Shown here: positions 53,771-64,000 of the stretch, in pieces
How the letters are laid out: each line of letters opens with the position of its first letter
Numbering within the stretch: position 1 is the first letter of the stretch
Notes under the pieces: generated by a model
Seen by the model: only the letters and a program-made list of their open reading frames with translations
The model's database searches: none
Told to the model about the DNA's origin: nothing
Program-made: the position numbers and the translations under genes
Assembly (NCBI GenBank): GCA_951406725.2
Contig: OX597814.1
Span: 209,498,001 to 209,562,000 of the forward strand
Direction of reading: 5' to 3'
Origin: Octopus vulgaris
Lineage: Eukaryota
DNA length: 64,000 bases

Positions 53771-55180
53771 AAACACCTCATAGCACATTACACTGCGATC
53801 ACTTCGGTACCTGACGTATTGTACTCCGTACACTTGTTGAAACAGCAGCAATTTGATGGTAGGAAGCAGCTAACATTTGATCACTAACATTTTATCATAA
53901 TAAAGATATCTCTGCATGTTTGACAAGAAATTGCCGAAAATCGTCTTTCTCGGACTATGAGAGTCTAACATCATATATGCGTGTGTACGATTTTTAATAT
54001 ATTTATATATGTATATATGTAGATGGATATTTAACTTGTTGGTGTACATTCACATGCACAATGAGTGTCACAGCAATAATTGACTTGGAAGAGCAATTTT
54101 CCCTGATACAGAATGCATGTGAAATCACCATGCTAGGATATAACCGACGTCATCCTACTGTGGGATAAGTGTTTCTGCGTCGTTGCGTGTGTTTTATATG
54201 CATGCATACACAGCCACACACACACACACACTCACACACAAGTGTACACATATACACACACACATAATACCATATATTAAAATTCTTTCTATATTCTATC
54301 CTCTTCCCGGCATGTCATGCAACACTGACAAAGAGAATAACAAGGACTAACAATGGGAGTGCCATTGAATCATGGCAAACCTAAGCCCGGAAGTTTTGTT
54401 ATCGTTTCAGTTGTGAATTACATACAGTGATGCATAACTGAAATGATAACAAAACTTCAATTCATGATGCAGTTGTTTCACCCTGCAAGCTTTAAAGCCA
54501 TACGTTCAAGGATTTCTACAAAATCTAGTGTCATTATGTATCGCATGAGCATTCCTTCTCAAAATACCCCATTTATTACAGTTTGTTCTTATGAAGTTGT
54601 CATACGCATATTTACACATTCAAAATTAAAGTTTAAACTAAACTTTCTCCAAAAGTTGTTGTCCCAAAGATTTTGTAAGTAATATGGCGCACGTCGCAAA
54701 GTTTGCAATTCTGTCCCAACGTTAAGCTGAGTTATCAGTCGACGCTCCTCTCACGCCTTCCACACCTTTGCATTCTTCTAATTCGTAATTCACCCTACGA
54801 GAAATAGCAAGTAAATTGCTTTGAATCACACTATACTCTCTTAGAAATAGCTACTTTGGATAATATGGACCTAAGTTCTTTGAACATAAGAAAATACATA
54901 TTGGCCACGGATGGAATGTCTTGAAGCAAACGCCTCTTTATCAGAGCTGGCACATGAGTTAAACAACGAGAAAAACGTCGATCGCTATCTGCTGTATCGA
55001 GGAAATATATAGCACTACATTTATATATACGTGCACACACACATATACATAAACACACACGCATATACACACATAAATATGTACAAACATATACAAACAC
55101 ACACACAGAGGCATATACACTGTTTATACTATAATCAAATGCCACTGTCAAAACTCAACTGTTAGAATAGTGTTATCACA

Positions 55181-55315
55181 TGTTTGTGTGTGCATGTGTG
55201 TGTATGTACGTGTGTGTATGTATGTTTGTGTGTGCATGTGTGCGTATGTACGTGTGTGTATGTATGTTTGTGTGTGCATGTGTGTGTATGTACGTGTGTG
55301 TATGTATGTGTGTGT
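55181..55315. repeat. 42-bp minisatellite (about 3 units)
   Basis: Unit TGTTTGTGTGTGCATGTGTGTGTATGTACGTGTGTGTATGTA. Confidence 0.9.
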
Positions 55316-57069
55316 GCGATTAATTCGTATACACACATGTCTACATATAGTTATATACAAGTATATCTAATTCGATAATGTGCACTATATTTTATAAGCA
55401 ATGTGGAAATATTTTTGTTCATTCGATGCCAGTTTACCATACAATCCGGGGATAATAAATATGAAATTACAATATCTATACACATTTGTAGTCAATAGTG
55501 AATAGTTTGTCGACGACAAATATCTCAAGCGCTTTATAACGTTAGAAAATGTTGAGAGAAACATCTGCAAAATCAGGAAGAATTACAAGGAAAGAATTGA
55601 TTCATAAGAAAGGAAAATATTTCTCATTCATGCACGAACTAGAAAAATACGATAAAGAAGCTACCATCTAGTACAGATATTATGGAGAAAATATGCCATT
55701 TATTATAAGAGTTACAGAAAATATAATGAATATTGATAAATATACAGTGTTGCTCTGATTTGAAAGCTACGAGAAAAGGTTAATGCCGACTTCTGTTCGC
55801 CATATTCATAAACTTAGTTATATGTTTGTGTTGTCTTCATTTTAGAGAATGTTATGAATTTATGTATTAGCAAATTTTTTCGGCATTTATTCGACAATGA
55901 ATCTTTTCAATCATCTAATAGAATTGAAGTCGCAGCTCTTAAATGTTAACTATCACATCGAGTCTGCGACTGAAACCACGCATGTTAGTTCACCGTTTAA
56001 TTGAATGGAAAAAGACATGACGTTTCTAAGAGCAGACAATATATACTTCATAGCTGCCTTCTCTCTAGTATCTGGCCGCAAAACATTCAAGTGATGATTC
56101 AAACATAGAATCCAAATTGTAAGTAGTAAGTGTGTCGTCTCCTCGAAAAAGCTGAAAGTCTACCAGCATCCGTCCGACTCTATAAATAGAAACTAGTAGG
56201 TGAAGTAAAAGTTTGAATTCCTCAATTCTGCTTACTTTCTAAACAATCGCGTCGTTGTATAGTGAGACGGTAAAAGAAAATAGCAAACCTTCTGCCTAAA
56301 TCCTTATTTTCATCTCACTATTCTGAGTTCAAGTTACTCAGAGGTTGACGTTACTTACATCTCTTGAAGACCGATGATATAAAAATGAGGTGTAATCGGT
56401 ATTCGGAAGGTTTTGACATAAATCTTCACCTAAATGTATTTTTACTTGAGCCTGTGCAGGAGCAATCGCTCATTCAGAAAGGGAAGCGGTAGTCATCTTT
56501 TTCAAATCAGACCTCCCTGCTCAATAGAAGAAAAAACTCACAAAGACACCTTGATTATGATCAAGAACTATGTCCTATATGTTCATAAAACCAGATAATT
56601 ATATTAGAATATCTAGTGCTGATGGACAAATTTATGGAAAAGCAAATACAATGATACTTCGCAGTACGAGTTTAATTCGTTCCAATCCTGAGTTTGTCTT
56701 ACGATTTACTCGCTTTACACATCAATTTTCCCCATTGAAATTAACTAAAATATAATTAGTCCGTTCCAGCCTCCAAAACATCTCTAAAAATAATTTTTAT
56801 GGGTTTTAAAATAGAAAATGTGTAGTTACAAGAAAATGGCAATTCCAAAAAGAGAATGCAAAAGAAATATTGAAATTCTTTTAACTGAATTACCTTAAAG
56901 ATGGGACAATTTGTGCACGAGGAAGACGAGAGAGCAGGAAGGAGAAAGATTATTGTTTGGAAGGAGAATCTCCTTCCATTAAGGCTTCATGAAGAACAAT
57001 TTCTAGCCTTTTCTCTCTCATTTCACTAAAATTTATGTTTTTTGGATATGCTTTCTTCACTTTTTACTC

Positions 57070-57440
57070 TTGCAGATCGTTTATCAAGAGAAGCCTGCTT
57101 TTTCCTGCATTTCAAAATATTGAGAAAATGCATCAGAGCAGTGTCATTAAATAATGAAATTGCACGACCTGTAGCTATTTTTCAGGATGATATTTTTCTA
57201 CAAATTCAGAAACATGCTGCCACTTTGCCAACACTGCCTTTATATCACTCGTAGAGTTAGCATTCTTCCGTTACACTGTTCTCCAGGAAATCAATCTCTT
57301 CTACCGCGTCCAAATGTTGCTGCTCCTGAAGCTGCAGGAGTTCATCTGTCGTCAGCTCCTCAAATGGTAAACATCTGATGAGTCAACAAGAAGGCTTCTA
57401 TGTAGTTCTTAGAAAAGCTACCAGTAATTTACTGACTTAG
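57070..57440 (-). mobile_element. Tigger/pogo transposase C-terminal remnant
   Basis: Minus strand: EELTTDELLQLQEQQH...KIATGRAISLFNDTALMHFLNILKCRKKQASLD. Confidence 0.75.
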
Positions 57441-57654
57441 AAAACCGAAAGGCATATTTGGCAGTGTTGTTCTATATATGCTGCATCCGAAACAAAATAT
57501 GAGAATTAAAGCGTTGGAAATGCTATTGATGCTAATGTACTCAAGCAGGTTTGATGTTAGGTGACAATTTCTGCGAACGCCTAATCCCAACAAGTAATAT
57601 GTAACGGAGATGAGCTTTCACGTTACACGGTTTTCTAATTTTAGCCAAACTATA

Positions 57655-57817
57655 GGCGCAGGAATGGCTGTGTATTAAGTAGCTTGCTTCCCAACCACAT
57701 GGTTCCAGGTTCAGTCCCATTGCGTGGCACCTTGGGCAAGTGTCTTCTACTGTAGCCTCGGGCCGACCAAAGCCTTGTGAGTGGATTTGGTAGACGGAAA
57801 CTGAAAGAAGCCCGTAG

Positions 57818-57866
<49 letters not shown>

Positions 57867-58068
57867 TTGTGTGTCTGTGTTTTTCCCCCACCAACATCGC
57901 TTGGTAACCGATACTGGCGTGTTTACGTCCCCGTAACTTAGCGGTTCGCCTAAAGAAACCGATAGAATATTGCTAGAATAAGTCCTGGGATCGATTTCCT
58001 CGACTAAAAGGCGGTACTCCAGCATGGCCGCAGTCAAATGACTGAAACAAGTAAAACAGTAAAGAGTA
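57655..58068 (+). mobile_element. Full-length SINE family C
   Basis: tRNA-like head GGCGCAGGAATGGCTGTG...GGTTCAGTCCC, CCTTGGGCAAGTG, internal (TA)n(TG)n, tail GACTGAAACAAGTAAAA. Confidence 0.92.
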
Positions 58069-58075
58069 ACCATAC

Positions 58076-58290
58076 TACGAGAGTGTGCTGAAATGTTCCT
58101 CCTTAGGGTAAAAGAAAATACAGAAGGATCAGTTAATTGTGATTTTATTCCGTATATTCGCCTCTCAGATTCACACACTCATTTCAACGGTCGTTTTTCT
58201 AAGCCCTGTAAAAGAACCCAGGAGGTTGGGCCACTAACTAGGCCTTTCGCGACACCCTTAAAGCCAGGAACTTTGCAGCACCCCTTCGTA
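58076..58290. mobile_element. Mariner-type MITE
   Basis: TACGAGAGTGTGCTGAAATGTTCC versus GGAACTTTGCAGCACCCCTTCGTA. Confidence 0.85.
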
Positions 58291-58329
58291 CATTCAGTCA
58301 CATTTCTGAGAACAACCACTTTAATTATG

Positions 58330-59480
58330 TCGTCTAGCGATGAACTGTGTGACGATTGTCGTAGACAAGAATTCTTTCAAAGTAATCTTTCCTTTCTTAT
58401 CTTTTAAAACCTCGATATTTAAAGAAACAGATTTACCTAGTATAAGTTATCAAGAGTCAATGGTTTTTCGCCCTTTTAAAACTTCGGTGAAAACAAGGTT
58501 ATCATCGTTGATATCAGTTAGCAGAGCCTTTGACAGTGTTTCGTATGAATAACTCTCCAAACTAAGTCACCCGATGTTTATTCATATTTCATTTCATGTT
58601 TTGGAAGATTCTTTCCTGATGACTCGATCGAACATGCGCTGGTAAGGAAATTTTAAATCCATATTCAATCAATCCTGATTGATCCTAAGATTGTGACTCC
58701 CGCACTTTTCATTTTGAATATTGACAAATCAATTCAGAAACTTTTCTATGCAGATAAAACCCTTCTCTGCTTTTTAGTCTGAGCACGCATTACTTACAGG
58801 CAATCTGAAATCTTCGCACTATAACGACATATCCTCCAAGAACACGGATGTTAAGCCATGCTTCAGAGAGGATATAAACTAGATTTATTTGACAGCCCTA
58901 ATACACAATAAATTATACGTCAAATAAATAATGTTACACAACATCTCTTACAAAACTTACGTACGCCTTCGCAGTTTCTATGAATGTAAGGTATCATAAT
59001 CCTTGATAAGCTTTCAAGTCGACATCGCGCACATATATAGATCGCTAAAACTACATCTCTGAATAGCTTTCCATTTTAGGCCTGGAAAACAATCCATTCT
59101 AATGATATATTTATCCTTTGCAAAGCTCAAGCATTATCAACATTGAGGCTCGACTCAATAACCATAAACTGAGCTGTCGCATTAAAATGGACATCTGAGT
59201 GCGCAGCCAAAAGGTCCTTCGGTTTATTGCCAAACTGTCGCTCACGGCTAGTGTACAATCACGCGCCTTCATATTTTCTCTCTACTTTCAATCGGTACTG
59301 AACTGGCTAGTGACATATCCCTTCCACTAGGTCCACAAATCATCCTCGTGTCATCATCTGTTGTTTTTACGTACTGTGTCTTCACTTATACACTCCACAT
59401 TTAGCATTTCCACTGAAATTCTGTTTTCACTGAAATTCTGTTTTCTTGAAATTCCTCTTATGTTGCTTTTAGTTTGTTGA
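58330..59480 (+). pseudogene. Heavily decayed LINE RT
   Basis: Fragments NFGENKVIIVDIS, SRAFDSV, PALFILNID and FYAD in the expected order across frameshifts. Confidence 0.55.
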
Positions 59481-60566
59481 TATCTTACATAAATTCAGTC
59501 GAAGGTCAGTTGTATAAACCTAGGTTGATAGCAGTGGCTTTCAAAGATAATGAGTGCTTTCCCTTCTTCTGGAACTAAGTAATAAGGCGATGATCGAATG
59601 GTCTTTAGAAAATAAGTCTAAGCGACAAACCAGTAACTAGTATAAAATGTTTATGTGCTACAACTACTTTGCTCGACATTAATACTTCATTGTCGTGTTT
59701 ACTTGTTAGTACTACTTTACTTGTTTGTAATACTTGATCGAAATAGATAGTGGTGATAAACAATCACGTGATGGACGAATAGTTGTTAAATTACTGATGC
59801 ATTAATCGTATTTTGTTATTTTGCTATGTGCTACTGAATAAATGTATATAATTTTTAGCTAAAATGCTGCTCGTGGACACTTGGAAACTATTTAAAACAA
59901 CTAATCATTTGTAGAAAGTACTCTGTGAAGAGAAAAACAAGGATCATCTGGATGGGGTCCAGTTCTTCAAATGACATCCTATTATTAGCAACCTTTGTTA
60001 ACTGTCTAAAGGTATATTGATATTATGATAATATCATTTAGTAAATCTTAATGTGATTTGCATCAACTAACATATTCTTTGCATAAACACTGTTATGATA
60101 TGATACTATGATGTACTATGGAACAAAGGTGTACATTTAATCAACAATGACTGTATAGATAAATGTACAAAACATATCTTTCAAACAACGTCTTGTGGAA
60201 ATAAAAGGAGGGTTCAGGCATACCAGTCTCAAACAACCCACTGAAATCTTATGAGCAACGGAGTACCCACTTTAACTATCCATACACTATTAATAAATGT
60301 TTCAATAAATCGGATTCACCAATTTGTATAAATTAACTCGTTCCAGGCATTCTTTGCAGTTAATTTGGTGAATCAATTATGATGTATTTGTAGAATCTAA
60401 GAGGGGACGGGCATACGCCTTCTGATTTCTCAATGGAAGAATTGAAAGCGAGCAGTGGATATTTTTCAGGCGGCAAAAATTAATGTATAGAAGGCAAGAT
60501 GCTCTCATCTGTCTACACATACTAAAACTTATAGATTTATTTCTGTAGCTCACCGTAGTAGATTAC

Positions 60567-60904
<338 letters not shown>

Positions 60905-60934
60905 ATTATAACACGGGCTTGGCTTGTCACTGGA

Positions 60935-61252
60935 ATAATTTAGCGCCTTCAGACTATCATCACTTCGACCCCATCAAACAGGCTTTGAGAGGCAAACATT
61001 ATTCCAGTGAAGAGGAAATATAAACTGTAGTGAAGAAGTGGCTCAAAGAACAGTCAACAGAATTTTACGGGGCAGAATACATGTTCTCATTCGAATGTGG
61101 AACATTGCCATTGAGACAAGGGTGACTATGTGGAGAAGTAGGGATGTGATCCACAGAAGACCAGCTTCATTTTGATGTATGATACATGTTCCTGTCTTGG
61201 TAATTATAACCGTCCTAAATAAAATGGCATTACTTTTTGACTCACCTTCGTA
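60935..61252 (+). mobile_element. Mariner transposase 3' remnant with right TIR
   Basis: LAPSDYHHFDPIKQALRGKHYSSEEEI*TVVKKWLKEQSTEFY...GDYVEK*; ends TTACTTTTTGACTCACCTTCG-TA. Confidence 0.9.
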
Positions 61253-61254
61253 CA

Positions 61255-61285
<31 letters not shown>

Positions 61286-61351
61286 TTTCAGGCGGCAAAA
61301 ATTAATGTATAGAAGGTACATATATGTATATATATGTATGTGTGTATGCGA

Positions 61352-61384
<33 letters not shown>

Positions 61385-61389
<5 letters not shown>

Positions 61390-61638
61390 GAGTAGTTGAA
61401 TGAATTATCTTATTATGGAGAATTCGGTTAACCATAATAACCATCGCTATGGGCTCCTTGTGGGCAGTCATCTAAACGTTTTTGTGCATCATGATGCTGA
61501 CATAAGTTCCTTGTTTTTCCTGATGAGAAGGCGGCATAATGCACCCCTTATTCCTTCGAAATTAGGAATATGCAGCCTTCGAAACATATGTCGAAAATAA
61601 AGGAATTTTGTTAATTCGTCGTTCAACTCCATTCTTTC

Positions 61639-61645
<7 letters not shown>
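61385..61645 (+). mobile_element. Penelope-like terminal-repeat fragment with inverted 5' segment, in (TA)n
   Basis: 61388-61433 is reverse-complement homologous to 4848-4890; 61440-61645 closely matches 4538-4740. Confidence 0.88.
61507..61605 (+). ncRNA. Type I hammerhead ribozyme (GUC site after 61592)
   Basis: Stem I TTTTC/GAAAA; CTGATGA 61520-61526; stem II as at 4624-4677; GAAAC-ATAT-GTC. Confidence 0.9.
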
Positions 61646-61687
<42 letters not shown>

Positions 61688-61724
61688 TATTGAAGTTCGC
61701 TTGAAGCATTGTGTATTGTTTGCA

Positions 61725-61926
61725 AAGAATAAAAAGTGTTGAATGGTATAACAATGCACTATAATACAGACAATGGGTTATACACCTGTTGTAATTTAGT
61801 CATCCATAGTCTTATATGATATTTCGAAATATCATATAAGACTATGGATGACTAAATTACAACAGGTATATAACCAATTGTCTGTATTATAGTGCATTGT
61901 TATACCATTCAACACTTTTTATTCTT
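61725..61926. repeat. 202-bp spacerless palindrome
   Basis: Centre TTTC|GAAA at 61825/61826; 101-bp arms with 2 mismatches. Confidence 0.97.
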
Positions 61927-61995
61927 ACGTATGTATCTGTCTATGTATATATACATACATACATAAACACATACATGCACACACACATACACACA

Positions 61996-62088
<93 letters not shown>

Positions 62089-62127
62089 ACATATACGTAC
62101 ATATATATATATATATATATACATACA

Positions 62128-62790
62128 TACTGGTGGAATGTATCAGTGAAATGTAAGCCAAACAGTTCTCATATAATGATTTGGGATAGAGAAGAGAAAC
62201 TGTATACAGATGTGGAAATTAGCTGCCCACTGGATGTAACATAAAGCTGAGGATCAGTGAAGAAGGAACACCTATGCTGAACTGTTGAGAAATCTGCAGT
62301 TAAGCTATCCAGATTACAAGTTCAGGTTTATACCGGTAATTATTAGGGCCCTGAGATATGTAACACACTGTCTAAGTACCAATATTGAGAAATTAGGTTT
62401 CTCAAAACCAGAAATGAAAAAGCTAATTCCAAGACTACAGATCCAATCCATCACTGGAACTGTAAAAGTCTGTAAAATTTCCAGAAGTTTATCATTTAAA
62501 TATATACATGAGCATGTATAGATATGCAAGTATATGGATGAGAATGCGTATATAAAACATAGATATCTGCACATACATACATACATACATACATACATAC
62601 ATACATACATACATACATACATACATACATACATGCTTACATACATGTGTAAATACATACATACATACATACATACAAAAATACCTTGTTATTGACGTTG
62701 AAATTCCAATGAAGGAGCTTTGGATCTAGGCTGGAAACCGGTTCTTTCTCTATTGGCAAGGAATAATGAAAATAGCTGAATAATGACATA
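62128..62790 (+). mobile_element. Decayed RLE retrotransposon 3' end (third family) among (TACA)n repeats
   Basis: YWWNVSVKCKPNSSHIMIWDREEKLYTDVEISCPLDV...YAELLRNLQLSYPDYKFRFIPVIIRAL. Confidence 0.75.
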
Positions 62791-62809
62791 CATACATACA
62801 TACATACAC

Positions 62810-62840
<31 letters not shown>

Positions 62841-63184
62841 CATACATACATACATACATACATACATACATACATACATACATACATACATACATACATA
62901 CATACATACATACATACATACATACATACATACATACATACATACATACATACAGATGCATATATACGTACATATATAATTTTCTGAAGGAAAGATCGAT
63001 TGTGACTTTGAAGTTTCCGTTTATTCACCTAGAATCTGACACCAGAGCAACTAATCTGAAACTTCAAGGATACTGTCAAATTTTTCCTTCCAACAATATA
63101 TGTGATACACATATATAGGGGATGATCTTTTAATTAATGTTATATCATATATATATATACGTACATACGTACATACATACATAT

Positions 63185-63255
<71 letters not shown>

Positions 63256-63489
63256 AACAAACATACATACATATACATATACACACATACACTTGAAGGA
63301 TAGCAATTGTAAGTCTTACTTCTGATTCCTTGTAATAGATATTCTTAAAGCAGCTAAAGCCACCAATATTTACTGCTGAGAGAGGAGGTTTTAAACACAA
63401 TGTAATCAAACTGGTGAATATTGACTTACACTGAAATTTAATATACCTCTATATAAATGCATTTGGATAGAAATGACAGTAGAATATCT

Positions 63490-63888
63490 TTCCTTTTATT
63501 CTTTTACTTGTATCAGTCATTAGATTGCGGCCATGCTGTGGCACTGCCTTGATATCCTATAATTCGAATGAATCGACCCCAGTACTTACTTTTTTGTTGA
63601 GCCTGATACTTATTCTATCGGGTATTTTTGCCGAACTGCTACGTTACGGGGAATGTAAACACACCAACACCCGTTGTCCAGCGGTATTAGGGGACAAACA
63701 CAAAGACGCACACATATATATATACAACAGATTTTTTGAGTTACCGTCTACCAAATACTCTCAGAAGGCTTTAGTTGGCCCGAGGCTATAGGAGAAGACA
63801 CTTGTCTAAAGTTGCATGCAACGGGACTGAACGCGGAACCATGTAGTAGAGAAATAAGCTTCTTACCACACAGCCACGCCTGCGCCTA
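63490..63888 (-). mobile_element. Old full-length SINE family C
   Basis: CTTTTACTTGTATCAGTC...GCGGCCATGCTG and TACCACACAGCCACGCCTGCGCC. Confidence 0.85.
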
Positions 63889-64000
63889 TATACGTATAGA
63901 ACTTGAAAACAAGCATTTATAATTACAATGTGTGGAGGACTTTTTTTCAGATTTCTGAAACTATAATTTGATAGCATGGTATTTTCAACAAGAATGGTAA

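Overview
AT-rich, microsatellite-saturated eukaryotic DNA with no confidently identifiable host protein-coding gene; most ORF-track entries are translations of (TA)n, (CA)n, (TCTA)n, (TAA)n, (GAT)n or (TACA)n. The repeat landscape suggests an octopus/coleoid cephalopod intron or intergenic region (inference). Identified content: a 5'-truncated CR1-clade LINE with a near-intact RT; R4/Dong-like restriction-endonuclease (RLE) retrotransposon fragments, two of them embedded in (TAA)n; about eight Penelope-like element (PLE) remnants, mostly in (TA)n; several tRNA-derived SINE families; mariner, Tigger/pogo and maT remnants; and MITEs. The most notable signals are at the RNA level. There are about eight type I hammerhead ribozyme motifs, most with self-complementary stem III: three near-intact copies of one covarying family, one in a 352-bp tandem unit, and one as the tail of a tRNA-headed SINE. 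There is also a 233-nt rod-like hairpin with strand-specific G-U bias and a 202-bp spacerless palindrome. All structures were paired by eye; no folding or database search was run.
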